Below, piece by piece: positions 34,723-44,778 of a stretch of DNA of 64,000 bases. This DNA comes from Bradymonadia bacterium (lineage in GTDB: Bacteria; Myxococcota_A; Bradymonadia; UBA7976; UBA1532): the NCBI GenBank assembly GCA_046290225.1, contig JBKAGE010000034.1:288001-352000 (forward strand), read 5' to 3'. Each line of letters opens with the position of its first letter. Position 1 is the first letter of the stretch. Made by a program: the position numbers and the translations under genes. Below the pieces are notes generated by a model. The model worked only from the letters and a program-made list of their open reading frames with translations, was not told the origin of the DNA and ran no database searches.

Positions 34723-35955
34723 TCACCGCCTCACCACCAGGCGCTGTCCAGGTGTCAGTATGTCGGTGTTCTTCAAGCGATTCCACCGTCGCAAGGTCTC
34801 GATGGAGACATCATAGCGTTTGGCGATGCCCCACAAGCTCTCTCCAGCCTTCACCTTGTGGGTGGACACCTTCTTGATGGGACCGGTGCTGCTCTGACGC
34901 CGTCGCGCCTTTGAAGCCTCTGGCTGCGTCTTGGCCAGTCTCTTCTGGCTGGACTTCGTCTTGTTGGGCTTCTTCTTGCCAGATTTGGCGGTACGCGTTG
35001 CTCGACGCGTCTTCTTCGGCACATATTCGTCTTTGACCGCCGGTAGCCCAAGGGTGCGACGGGCCCATGCACGGAAGGCCCGCTCTTCACCTTGGGGCAC
35101 TCGGATGACCACTGGGCGCTCACCAGGTACATCATCTGTGGAGAGACGCCGGTTGAGTCGCTTGAGGGTGCGGTAGCTGATGCCACTCCCCCTCGCCGCC
35201 TCGAGCAAATTGATCTGGCCGTCTTCCCTCGCCTTCACCTTGACGTAGCCCACGGGCTCCTCGGGGTAGCCGTCCTTGACGTCTACACCGAAGCCGTAAG
35301 CCTTCAAGCGTTCGAAGATGATCTTCGTGACGATGATCTTCGGCACATAGCGCTCGGCCTCTCGAAGCAAGACTAGACGCCAGTAGTCTTTCTGGCCCTG
35401 GGCCTTCACCGCCTTGGACAACCGCCCCGGGCCGGTGTTGAAGGCGGCCATGGCCATCGTCCAGCTGCCGAACTTCTTCTTGAGCGCCACCAGATATTCG
35501 AGGCCCGCCTTCGTGGAGCGCTCGAGATCAGCCCGGTCGTCCCAGAGCGGATCGATTTTGAGTCCGTACTGCCGACCACTGCCAGGCATGAACTGCCACC
35601 AGCCCTTTGCCTTGGCTCGACTGACCACCGCCGGCCGCAGACCACTCTCAATGACGGCGAGGTACTTGAGATCAGGGCACGCCCCCACCTCACGGGCCAC
35701 CCGCTCCACGGTGGGAAAAACCCGTCGAGCCCGCTTGACCCACAAGGTCACCTGGGCCCGATCGTCGAGGGTGAGGTAGAACGCCCGGTCGAGCCGCTCT
35801 TCCACGTCTTCGATGTCTACGGGGATCGTCTCGCCACAAAACTCAATGGTCTTCGGCAGACGTAGAGCGCTGACCTCAACCCCCTTACGGGCCTCGGCGG
35901 CAGACCAGGGTCCGATGCTCAGAACACAGATGAGGGTGGAAGCGATGAAGCGCAT
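34723..35955 (-). CDS. Lytic murein transglycosylase (MltD-like SLT + LysM)
   Basis: Signal peptide, LAVIESG, AKGWWQFM, AAFNTGPG, EAERYVPK, C-terminal LysM HKVKAGESLWGIAKRY. Confidence 0.92.
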   Translation of the reverse strand: MRFIASTLICVLSIGPWSAAEARKGVEVSALRLPKTIEFCGETIPVDIEDVEERLDRAFYLTLDDRAQVTLWVKRARRVFPTVERVAREVGACPDLKYLAVIESGLRPAVVSRAKAKGWWQFMPGSGRQYGLKIDPLWDDRADLERSTKAGLEYLVALKKKFGSWTMAMAAFNTGPGRLSKAVKAQGQKDYWRLVLLREAERYVPKIIVTKIIFERLKAYGFGVDVKDGYPEEPVGYVKVKAREDGQINLLEAARGSGISYRTLKRLNRRLSTDDVPGERPVVIRVPQGEERAFRAWARRTLGLPAVKDEYVPKKTRRATRTAKSGKKKPNKTKSSQKRLAKTQPEASKARRRQSSTGPIKKVSTHKVKAGESLWGIAKRYDVSIETLRRWNRLKNTDILTPGQRLVVRR

Positions 35956-35963
35956 GGTGGGCC

Positions 35964-35992
35964 ATGGTAAACCCCACCTGTGAGCCGACCAA
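35964..35992 (-). promoter_or_regulatory. Putative sigma70-type promoter for the mltD-like gene
   Basis: TTGGTC-N17-TACCAT, 8 nt before ATG 35955, no SD. Confidence 0.4.
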
Positions 35993-36015
35993 ATTTGTCG
36001 GCATTGAGGGCAGCG

Positions 36016-36567
36016 TCAGAGTTTGTTGAGACGCTCTTTCACGGAGTCTACTTCCACCGCCCGGAACCCGAAGTTCTCGTTCACCACCACCACCTCACCG
36101 ATGGCGATGCGCTTGTGATTCACCGTGAGGTCGAGGTTCTCGGTGGCGGCGCGCTCGAGTTCGATGATGGAACCCTGACCGAGCTGGAGCAGCTGGCCCA
36201 CGGACATCCGTGTTCTGCCGAGCTCGACGCTCACCTTCACGGGGATCGAAAGCAGCAGTTTGAGGTTTCGCGGGCCTTCGACTTCAGCAGAGGTAGAGGA
36301 GGTCTTGCTCGAAGTGGCGCGTTTTGGTTCAGGCTTCGGCTCTGGTTTCGGCTCTGGCGCCAGGGCGGGCTCGTCGAAGCCCTCCAGGGCATCGAGGCCA
36401 CCACCGAGGAGCGCGTCCAGCTCGTCCTGAGACAGGATGTCTCCACCGCCCCCTCCACCGCCGTCAAATTCCGCAGGGGCGGGCTCCGCAGCAGCGGGCT
36501 CCTCCTCGCCAACTTCGATGTTGGAGAGGAGGGCATCGAGCTCATCCTGGGAAAGAATGTCGTCCAC
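36016..36567 (-). CDS. fliN: FliN/FliY-like switch protein (SpoA domain) with two N-terminal LSQDELDALL motifs
   Basis: C-terminal LLLSIPVKVSVELGRTRM...QGSIIELE...IAIGEVVVVNENFGFR is the FliN/SpoA domain. Start uncertain (GTG 36567 or ATG 36600). Confidence 0.85.
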   Translation of the reverse strand: MDDILSQDELDALLSNIEVGEEEPAAAEPAPAEFDGGGGGGGDILSQDELDALLGGGLDALEGFDEPALAPEPKPEPKPEPKRATSSKTSSTSAEVEGPRNLKLLLSIPVKVSVELGRTRMSVGQLLQLGQGSIIELERAATENLDLTVNHKRIAIGEVVVVNENFGFRAVEVDSVKERLNKL

Positions 36568-36764
36568 AACACGCCTCAAGGCGCCCCACAAGTGGGGCAT
36601 TTAGCGATAACAGAACCCAAAACCGTAACGTATGGGTACACAGTTCATCGGCCACCTCGACTTGCATCATGAAGCTGAGATGGTCAATATTGGGTCAGGA
36701 TCTGCACTTCGTGGTTGTCTGTGTGCCCGACGACAACCCGCGGATCCTCCAGGAGCGGTAAAGT

Positions 36765-37574
36765 ATGCCCGACTTTACCGCTCCGTTTTTTTGTACCCCC
36801 AAACGCACGACAATGACACTTCGCTTCTTCATTGGGGCCAGCGCCAAGATGAGACTCGGCGCCAACGCCCTCGACGAGGTCGCCCGCTGGCTCGACGCTG
36901 AGCCGTGGCGGCGACCGCCCTGGCCCACCGATCGGTCGGGGCTCGTCCTCACCCGCCGTGGCGCCAAACTCTACGCCCCAGGATCCGACTCCCCTTCCGG
37001 TGTGCTCTGGAACCCTGGCCTTACCGTGCTTCGACGCAGGCACCTTGAGACCGATCCCCTGCTCAAAGCCATCGAGCCTCATCGAGGGCAACAAGTGCTC
37101 GACGCCACCCTCGGCCTCGGCCACGACGCCCTGATGCTCGCAGAGCAGGGCGCTGAGGTCGAAGGCCTCGAGGCTGTGCCCGCGTTGCTCTACTACACCC
37201 TCGACGGACTCTGGCGACACAACCCCGAGACAGCCCGCAAGATCAGTGGTCGCTGTGTTGATCACGGCGCATATCTGAAAATCATGGCGCCGAGGTCCAA
37301 GGATGTGGTCTACCTCGACCCGCTGTTTCCGGCGGATCGACGCCGACGAAACACGCAGTGGAGCCCCCTGCGGGTCACGGGCCACCGGGGCTCTGTGGAT
37401 GCAGAGACTCTACAGGCGTCCGCCCGAGTGGCTCGACACCGGGTGGTCATGAAGCTGCCCCCTGGGGCAGATCCGCCATCTTGGCCAGAGGGGCCTGCCC
37501 CCTCACTGGTGACCTCGCAGAGGGTCAGGTTCGCGGTGTGGCACCTGAACCACGCCGCCAGAGTGCAGAGGTGA
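36765..37574 (+). CDS. Class I SAM-dependent methyltransferase (RsmJ/SAM_MT-like)
   Basis: VLDATLGLGHDA and DVVYLDPLFP motifs. Start may be ATG 36813. Confidence 0.75.
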   Translation: MPDFTAPFFCTPKRTTMTLRFFIGASAKMRLGANALDEVARWLDAEPWRRPPWPTDRSGLVLTRRGAKLYAPGSDSPSGVLWNPGLTVLRRRHLETDPLLKAIEPHRGQQVLDATLGLGHDALMLAEQGAEVEGLEAVPALLYYTLDGLWRHNPETARKISGRCVDHGAYLKIMAPRSKDVVYLDPLFPADRRRRNTQWSPLRVTGHRGSVDAETLQASARVARHRVVMKLPPGADPPSWPEGPAPSLVTSQRVRFAVWHLNHAARVQR

Positions 37575-40174
37575 GCAGCGTGCTCAAGCGAAAGCCCGGT
37601 TCGGTGTGGGCTGCCCTCCTGATGGGCGTGATCCTGTCCGGCTGCTCGGCGGTGGGCTACCACACGGTGGTGGCCACAGATCAGACCCCCCCACAGGTGG
37701 ATGCGGTCTCTGGCGCAGGCGCCCCCGCCGGGCATCGCCCCATGGTGATCCTCGTGGTCGTCGATGGTTTGCGCGCCGACACACTCGGCAGCCATCTGGA
37801 GACGATCGAAGCTACAGATCTCGACCCGCCCTGGCCCTCTGGTCTGGCCCTCCTACGGCGCAACGGCTTCGCCCTCGGGCGCTCCACCCGAACCGAAGCG
37901 CCGATCCCTGCATATGGTCTGGCTCCCCTCACTTCGGCGCTCACGGGACACATGCCCGGTGTGCACGGCCTCCCCGGCAGCGCGTTTTTCGCGGTGGAGT
38001 CGCCGACCGAGCTGACCCGCTACGACTTCGAAGCCCCCTTCAACGGCGCCCGCATCTTTTATGATCAGGGCCTGAAGGTGCCCTCGGAGGCCAACACTCT
38101 GCTGGCGCAGATGGTTCGTGTGCCCACGCTGATGGAGCGCCTGTCGGCCACACATCGCAGCGCCGCGATCTTCTCCCCTCTCGCTCGGGGGGCCTGGTGG
38201 CTGGTCCCCGATCGTCGGGCGGTGGGGGTGCGCTCGATCCTGCGCGATCGCAGCGTCACGGCGGTGATGCCCATCTTTGATCGCGGCGTCCGTGACGCCA
38301 GCGTCGATCTGTTGCTCAACGACAAGGATCCGCTGCCCGATCTCGTCGTGCTCAACTTCGGCACCATCATGTCGGAGTCCTGCTTTCAAGATGACAAAAT
38401 CTGCTCAGGTGCTGCAGGCGATCTGGCCACGGTGCAACGTCTTGGCATGCGCACCGTCGACGGCTTGCTCTGGAAGGTGATGCGGGCAGTTTCTCGGGCG
38501 CACCCGGAGCGCCAGCAGGCCTTGACGGTGATGTTGGTGGGTACGGGGGGCATGGTGGATCGCACCACCCCGGAGGCTTCACGACCCGAAGGCGCTGATC
38601 TGCCCGCTCACGCCCTCGGCGCGGAGCTCGCCCGCTGGGCGACGACAGAGACTTGCAAGACTTGGCTGACGCAGGCCCGGGCCCGTGGTGCGTTGCACAT
38701 CGTCACCCAGTCCGGCTTCGCCCAAATCTACCTTCCCCCGAGGCCCATGGGGTCAGGGGGACCGATTCAGGCCGGTCGGCAATGCCTCTCCGAGGCCCTC
38801 GACGTTGCGGTGGAGCAAGCGCCGTGGCTCGCAGGCGCAGCCTGGATGCCTGCCTCGGAGGCTCAGCCTGAGGTGAAGCTGGACCCCACGCTGCTCAATC
38901 GCATCGCCGCCTATCGCCGCGCATCATTGCCCGAGAAGATCAAGGCAGCCATGGGGGCGGAGGGCAACCGCCGTACGGGGGACGCGCTGCTCTTCGCTCA
39001 CCCACCCTGGCGCTTCACTGATGAGGGCACCCGGGTCCGATCTCCCTACGCCTATCAAGGCACGCTCGAAGACGACGCGGTGCAGGTCCCCTTCCTGGTG
39101 GCGTCAAAGGCGCTGCCCACGACTGTGAGTGGTGAGCTGAAGGCCACTCAGCTCGAGCTGGCCGACGTCACCCCCACAGTGCTCTCGCTCCTCAAGGCGC
39201 CAGAGAGCGCCTTCAACGGTCTTTCTCGACAGCCGGCGCTCAAGTGGCGTGCCGATCCCGTGGATGGCGATCAGCTCGAACTGGTGCGGGCTGATCGACA
39301 ATTGAAGTCGGCCGTGGTGAGCGACATGGCCCGGGCGCAACCGGTCTGGCGCCCGGCGACGGATCACGTGATGGTGGGCCTCTCAGAAGGTGCAGAGCTG
39401 CGTGCCCCGGACTCTGTCGACATTCGCCTCGGGGAGAAGGTCTGGCGATGGACCTACGATGACGCCTTCCCCGAGGGCGCTCCATGCCAATCGACCACCA
39501 AGGGGCCCACCCGCACCTGGACCTGCCGCTTCGATCGTCCAGAGAAGCTCGAGGGCATCTCCACCCTCGGCCTCCGCAGAGATCCCACCTCTGACGAGGA
39601 GGCCGATGGGGTCGAGGATTTCCAGAGGCCCATCATCTGGAGCAATGGCGAAGACGGCCTGCAACCAGGCCCGACCCCGGAGATCGCCTGTGTTGCCTCG
39701 GACCATCTGAAGCTCGCCTCTGCCTGGCAGCCCGCTGAGGGCCTCGACCAGTTGAGGGTGGCCCTGATGCTCCCGGGCACGCCTCACGAGCCCCAGATGC
39801 TCTATGGTGAGGCGTATGGGGCCCTCACGCTCTCGACGCTGAGCCCGACGGCGGCGTGCAAGGAGAAGGGGCCTGCGGCGGTGGAGTGCCAGTACACGCG
39901 TACGACACAGCCCACCACAGAGGGCCTCAAGGTGCCCTTCACCCGCACCATGGTGGATCAGCTCAAGATGACTCGCCCCTTCCTCATTTCGAGCATCTCT
40001 GATCCGAAGGCACCTCCGAGCCGCTGGCTCACCGAGACCGAGAAGCGTCAGGCACCCAAGAAGACGGTCTGGCTGGCCCTTGATCAGTGTGATGCCTCGG
40101 GCAGCTGCCAACGGACGCCATTCATGACTGTGGCCGACTATCGGGCGGCGCTCGCGCAGAAACCCTGTCCATGA
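37571..40174 (+). CDS. Lipoprotein with a degenerate alkaline-phosphatase/NPP-superfamily domain and an unknown C-terminal region
   Basis: GTG start overlaps the upstream stop; lipobox LSGC; LVVVDGLRADTL; SALTGHMPGVHG; VPFLV...ADVTPTVLSLL. Confidence 0.7.
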   Translation: MSSVLKRKPGSVWAALLMGVILSGCSAVGYHTVVATDQTPPQVDAVSGAGAPAGHRPMVILVVVDGLRADTLGSHLETIEATDLDPPWPSGLALLRRNGFALGRSTRTEAPIPAYGLAPLTSALTGHMPGVHGLPGSAFFAVESPTELTRYDFEAPFNGARIFYDQGLKVPSEANTLLAQMVRVPTLMERLSATHRSAAIFSPLARGAWWLVPDRRAVGVRSILRDRSVTAVMPIFDRGVRDASVDLLLNDKDPLPDLVVLNFGTIMSESCFQDDKICSGAAGDLATVQRLGMRTVDGLLWKVMRAVSRAHPERQQALTVMLVGTGGMVDRTTPEASRPEGADLPAHALGAELARWATTETCKTWLTQARARGALHIVTQSGFAQIYLPPRPMGSGGPIQAGRQCLSEALDVAVEQAPWLAGAAWMPASEAQPEVKLDPTLLNRIAAYRRASLPEKIKAAMGAEGNRRTGDALLFAHPPWRFTDEGTRVRSPYAYQGTLEDDAVQVPFLVASKALPTTVSGELKATQLELADVTPTVLSLLKAPESAFNGLSRQPALKWRADPVDGDQLELVRADRQLKSAVVSDMARAQPVWRPATDHVMVGLSEGAELRAPDSVDIRLGEKVWRWTYDDAFPEGAPCQSTTKGPTRTWTCRFDRPEKLEGISTLGLRRDPTSDEEADGVEDFQRPIIWSNGEDGLQPGPTPEIACVASDHLKLASAWQPAEGLDQLRVALMLPGTPHEPQMLYGEAYGALTLSTLSPTAACKEKGPAAVECQYTRTTQPTTEGLKVPFTRTMVDQLKMTRPFLISSISDPKAPPSRWLTETEKRQAPKKTVWLALDQCDASGSCQRTPFMTVADYRAALAQKPCP

Positions 40175-40602
40175 TTCACGTGCCCACCGGCGGTGGCGGG
40201 CGGGTAGAACACCTGGTCCGACGAGGGTTCATCGCTCGCACGGGCGATCTCCTCGCCCGCGTGCACCCAGAGGAAGGCCCGGTGGAGGAGATCGCCTCCC
40301 CCTTCGATGCGGTGGTGGATTTTCAACGCCTGCACGGCAAGCAGGCACCCCGACATGCCCCGATCATCGGCCTTCGTCGGGTGGTGCTGGCCACCACTGA
40401 GGGTCGCGTGCGGTGGGTGAGTACACTGGGCCCGGTACTGGTGGGTACGATGGTGGCCCTGGTGGTCACCCCTGAAGGGCATATTCGACCTCACCGAGCC
40501 CCGGCAGCGGGCTTCATCGGCCGCAGCTTCATCGCCAACGGGAAACGGATAGAAGCAGGTGCACCTCTGGTCGAGATCAGAGGTGAAGAGCTCGCAGGCT
40601 GA
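40171..40602 (+). CDS. Hypothetical protein with two biotinyl/lipoyl-like domains
   Basis: ATGA overlap with the upstream stop; two repeats of G.V...G..L...(I/H).(S/A)P...V...G....L pattern. Confidence 0.5.
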   Translation: MIHVPTGGGGRVEHLVRRGFIARTGDLLARVHPEEGPVEEIASPFDAVVDFQRLHGKQAPRHAPIIGLRRVVLATTEGRVRWVSTLGPVLVGTMVALVVTPEGHIRPHRAPAAGFIGRSFIANGKRIEAGAPLVEIRGEELAG

Positions 40603-40611
40603 TGCTGCTCG

Positions 40612-41316
40612 TCAGCTCTTCTCCCGCAACAGCGTGCGGGGGTTGAGCTTGATCTTGAGGGGTTTGGTGTAGGCAGTGTCACGGCTCTTGAGCAGCTGAA
40701 GCTTGCTGATGCCGTCGCCCGCCTTGATCCGCAGCATGAAGTCTGCGGCGCTGACCAGATGGGACAACGCCGCTGGGGTCTTGCCCTTCTTGAGGCTGCT
40801 GCCCTTCCCGAGAGCTGAGACCCAGACCATGACCCCCAGATCGGTGGAGATTTGCTTGATCTCGTCGATCTCCTCCGCCTTCGCTTTGTGGATGGGGTAG
40901 CCGTCGATGATGACGATCTCCGGGCGCCTAGCGGGCTCCGGAAACAACACCTCGAGCCGGCTGCGCAAGACCTCGGTGGTGAAGGTGCCCGCGGCGAAGG
41001 CCACGATATTACGCTGCTCGGAGACGCGTTCTACGGCGTTGATTGCGTCGACCTCGACCCCGACAGCTGCAGCGAGCTCGGTGAGTCCGTGATCGTACCA
41101 CCGCGTCACGCGATGCAGAGGCTGGTCGAGCACGATGTGCGCCACAGCGCGACCATTGAGCAGGTAGTCGAGCGCCATCTGCACCAGACAGCTCGACTTG
41201 CCCACCCCTGCGGGGGCCATGAGCACGGCGAGCTCACTAGGCGCCGGCGGGCCACCATCGATGCCATCGAGAAGTCTCAGAGGGCTCAGCTCGGCAGTCG
41301 ACCTGTCGGCGGGCAT
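40612..41316 (-). CDS. RecA/KaiC/DnaB-like P-loop ATPase domain protein
   Basis: Walker A APAGVGKS, Walker B IVIIDG, VMVWVSA; directly downstream of fusA. Confidence 0.75.
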   Translation of the reverse strand: MPADRSTAELSPLRLLDGIDGGPPAPSELAVLMAPAGVGKSSCLVQMALDYLLNGRAVAHIVLDQPLHRVTRWYDHGLTELAAAVGVEVDAINAVERVSEQRNIVAFAAGTFTTEVLRSRLEVLFPEPARRPEIVIIDGYPIHKAKAEEIDEIKQISTDLGVMVWVSALGKGSSLKKGKTPAALSHLVSAADFMLRIKAGDGISKLQLLKSRDTAYTKPLKIKLNPRTLLREKS

Positions 41317-41402
41317 GTTCCCCTCGAGGGTGGAGGCGGGTGAGACGAAGAAATGCGACGTGGAGGGGAGCGCTGCCCCCGGAGGGGCATGATACGCCGA
41401 GA

Positions 41403-43475
41403 TCAGTCTTTTTCGGCGTACTTCTTCTTCAGCTCTTCGGCGATCTCGTTGGGCACCTTGTCGTACTTCGAGAACTCCATGCTGAACTCGGCCTTGCCCT
41501 GGGTGCTGGACCGCAGGTCGGTGGAGTAGCCGAACATCTCGGCGAGGGGCACCTCGGCCTCGATGCGGGTGAAGCCCTCTTCTTCGGTGGTGCCGATGAT
41601 CTGGCCACGACGCTGCATGAGGGTACGGATGATGCCGCCCTGGAACTCAGCGGGACCCTCGACCTCCACCTTCATCACCGGCTCCATGATGGCGGGCTTG
41701 GCGCGGAAGTAGGCGTCGCGGAAGGCGCCACGGGCGGCTTCCTGGAAGGCGATGTCGCTGGAGTCGACGGGGTGGCTGGCGCCGTCGTTGATGTGAGCCT
41801 TCAGGTTCACCACGGGGAACCCGATCATCCGGCCCTTGGCGAGCATGGACTTGAAGCCCTTGTCGCAGCTGGTGATGTAATCCTTGGGGATCACACCACC
41901 CACGATCTTGTCCTCGAAGATGTAGTCACCCTCGAGGTAAGGCTCGATGTAGCCACCCACGCGGCCGTACTGACCGGAACCACCGGTCTGCTTCTTGTGG
42001 GTGTAGTTGAACTCGGCCTTCTGGGTGATGGTCTCGCGGTAGGCCACCTGGGGGGCACCGGTCTCGAGCTCCACCTTGTACTCGCGACGCATGCGCTCGA
42101 TGTACACTTCGAGGTGCAGCTCGCCCATGCCGCAGATGATGGTCTCACCGGACTCGCCGTCAACGTAAGTGCGGAAGGTCGGATCCTCACGGGTGAACCG
42201 GTGAAGGGCCTTCGACATGTTGATCTGCGACTTGTTGTCGGTGGGCTTGATCATCAGACGGATGACCGGCTCGGGGATGTGCATGGAGCTCATCGCCACG
42301 TTCAGGTTGCCGTCGGTGAAGGTGTCACCCGAAGCGCAGTCGATGCCGAACAGGGCGCAGATGTCGCCGCTGCCGGTATCCTCGATGTCTTCCATGTCGT
42401 CGGAGTGCATGCGCACGAGACGACCCACCTTCACCTTCTTGCCGGTGCGGGTGTTGGTGATGAAGTCACCCTTCTTCAGGGTGCCCTGGTACAGCCGGAT
42501 GTAGGTCAGCTGGCCGTAGCGATCATCGGTGAGCTTGAAAGCCAGCGCGATGAGGGGCTCGTCGAAGCTGTAGCCGAGATCGAGGGAGGCCTCGTCGTTG
42601 TCGAGATCCACGGCGGTGTTCTTCACGTCGCGGGGCTCGGGGAGGTAGGTGTCGACGGCGTCGAGGAGCTTCTGCACGCCCTTGTTCTTGTAGGCGCTGC
42701 CCATGAACACGGGGCAGAGCTGAAGGCTCAGCACACCCTTGCGCACGGCGTTGTGGATCAGCTCTTCGGTGACGTTCTCCTCGAGCATGGCCTCCATGAG
42801 GTCGTCGTCGACCATGGACACCTTGTCGAGCATGATCTCCCGGTACTCTTCGGCCTGCTCCTGGAGCTCGGCGGGGATGTCCTGCTCGGTGACCTCCATG
42901 CCGTTGGGGCCCTCGAAGGTGTAGGCCTTCATCTTCACGAGGTCGACGACACCCTTGTGGTCATCTTCGAGACCATAGGGGATCTGCATCATCACCGCGT
43001 TGAGCTTGAGCTTGTCGCGGAGCTGCTCGGTGACCTTGAAGGGGTTCGCGCCGGAGCGGTCGCACTTGTTGACGAAGGCGACGCGGGGCACGTTGTAGCG
43101 GCGCATCTGACGGTCGACGGTGATGGACTGGCTCTGCACACCGGCGACGGAGCACAGCACCAGGATGGCGCCGTCGAGCACGCGCAGGGCACGCTCCACC
43201 TCGATGGTGAAGTCAACGTGTCCGGGGGTGTCGATGATGTTGATCTGCTTGTCTTTCCACGTGCAGTACGTGGCAGCAGACTGGATGGTGATGCCGCGCT
43301 CTTTTTCGAGCTCCATCGAGTCCATCTTGGCGCCCACACCGTCCTTGCCGCGCACATCGTGGATGGCGTGGATCCGGGCGGTGTAGAACAGGATACGCTC
43401 GGTCAGGGTGGTTTTGCCTGAGTCGATGTGTGCGCTGATCCCGATGTTGCGCACTTTGGACAGATCGGTGAGCAT
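41403..43475 (-). CDS. fusA: Elongation factor G (stand-alone)
   Basis: [68 protein letters not shown]. Confidence 0.97.
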   Translation of the reverse strand: MLTDLSKVRNIGISAHIDSGKTTLTERILFYTARIHAIHDVRGKDGVGAKMDSMELEKERGITIQSAATYCTWKDKQINIIDTPGHVDFTIEVERALRVLDGAILVLCSVAGVQSQSITVDRQMRRYNVPRVAFVNKCDRSGANPFKVTEQLRDKLKLNAVMMQIPYGLEDDHKGVVDLVKMKAYTFEGPNGMEVTEQDIPAELQEQAEEYREIMLDKVSMVDDDLMEAMLEENVTEELIHNAVRKGVLSLQLCPVFMGSAYKNKGVQKLLDAVDTYLPEPRDVKNTAVDLDNDEASLDLGYSFDEPLIALAFKLTDDRYGQLTYIRLYQGTLKKGDFITNTRTGKKVKVGRLVRMHSDDMEDIEDTGSGDICALFGIDCASGDTFTDGNLNVAMSSMHIPEPVIRLMIKPTDNKSQINMSKALHRFTREDPTFRTYVDGESGETIICGMGELHLEVYIERMRREYKVELETGAPQVAYRETITQKAEFNYTHKKQTGGSGQYGRVGGYIEPYLEGDYIFEDKIVGGVIPKDYITSCDKGFKSMLAKGRMIGFPVVNLKAHINDGASHPVDSSDIAFQEAARGAFRDAYFRAKPAIMEPVMKVEVEGPAEFQGGIIRTLMQRRGQIIGTTEEEGFTRIEAEVPLAEMFGYSTDLRSSTQGKAEFSMEFSKYDKVPNEIAEELKKKYAEKD

Positions 43476-43743
43476 GGCGCCGCTCCGTTCCCCTGGTTGG
43501 GCCCCTGGATGGGGTGTTGTGGACCCCCGACAGCCCAAGGGGCCGCGAAAGGTGCTGATGGAAATAGGATGCGCACTCTACGGATAAGGAACCGTATTTC
43601 AAGTTCTTTATGGCCACAGTCCCCTACCCCGCGGCCATTGTGCCCACATCTTGGGAGGTTGGGACCCAATCAGCCCCGCAGTCTGCGGGGCACCATCGAG
43701 GGTTCTGAGGGATCCGCGAGCGCAACAAGGGGGCGCTGAATCC

Positions 43744-44778
43744 ATGGCACGACGAGTTCGAGGAGGTCGCGGCGGCCGAGCAGGCGGTCGCGGGGCTGGC
43801 AGAGGGCCTGGCAGAGGCCGGGCGCCGGCTTTTGTGCCCATGTCCGAGACCCACGGGCGGGTGGTGGGCCGCCTGGGCCCGGTGATGTTCATCCGCGCCG
43901 ACGAAGACGACGCAGAGCACCCGTGTCAGGGCCGAGGACCCGGTAAGGCTGCCGTCGTCGGCGATCGCGTGGCCTACACCCCAGGCTCCGGTGTCGCGGG
44001 AGACTGGGGCGTGGTCACTGCAGTGGGTGAGCGCAGCTCGGTGCTGCAACGCAAAGATCCCATCCGCGATCACCCCCTCACGTTGGCGGCCAATGTCGAC
44101 GTTCTGGTGATCGTCTGCGCCATCGAACCGCCCTTGCGCACGGGGCTCATCGATCGATACCTCGTGGCGGCTCATCAGGCGGGCATCCAAGGCATGGTGG
44201 TGGTGAACAAATGCGATCTGGCCGGGCCGGATCACGAAGCCCATGACCTGGTGGCCCACTACCCTGGCCTTGATGTGCCGGTGTTCTCGGTGAGCGCTCA
44301 CTCCCGAGAAGGCGTGGAAGCCCTCGGGGCTGCACTCGACGGCCGACTCAGTATCTTCGTGGGCCACAGCGGTGTGGGGAAGACCAGCCTGCTCAACGTG
44401 TTGTGCCCGGGTCTTCAGGCCCGGGTGAACGCCCTGAGCGATGCCAGCGGCCGGGGGCAACACACCACCACGGCCTCTGCCCTCGTGCCCCTGCCCACGG
44501 GGGGCGAGATCATCGATACGCCTGGTGTGCGAGGGTTCGCCCTATGGGGTGTGAAGGGCGACACGCTCAAAGAGCACTTCCCCGAGTTCACCGAGCGGGC
44601 CGCCGCGTGCAAGTTCGCTGACTGCAACCACCTGTCCGAGCCCGGCTGTGCGGTGCGGGCAGCCCTCGACGCCGGCGAGATTCATCCGCTGCGCTATAGA
44701 TCATATCGACGCATCCTCGAATCCCTCGATGCCCCCTTCCATGGCATGGGATCGGTGAACCACGAGGACGATCTGTGA
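43744..44778 (+). CDS. rsgA: Small ribosomal subunit-dependent GTPase RsgA
   Basis: AVVGDRV, AANVD, NKCD, GHSGVGKTS, GQHTTT, DTPG, CKFADCNHLSEPGC zinc finger. Confidence 0.95.
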   Translation: MARRVRGGRGGRAGGRGAGRGPGRGRAPAFVPMSETHGRVVGRLGPVMFIRADEDDAEHPCQGRGPGKAAVVGDRVAYTPGSGVAGDWGVVTAVGERSSVLQRKDPIRDHPLTLAANVDVLVIVCAIEPPLRTGLIDRYLVAAHQAGIQGMVVVNKCDLAGPDHEAHDLVAHYPGLDVPVFSVSAHSREGVEALGAALDGRLSIFVGHSGVGKTSLLNVLCPGLQARVNALSDASGRGQHTTTASALVPLPTGGEIIDTPGVRGFALWGVKGDTLKEHFPEFTERAAACKFADCNHLSEPGCAVRAALDAGEIHPLRYRSYRRILESLDAPFHGMGSVNHEDDL

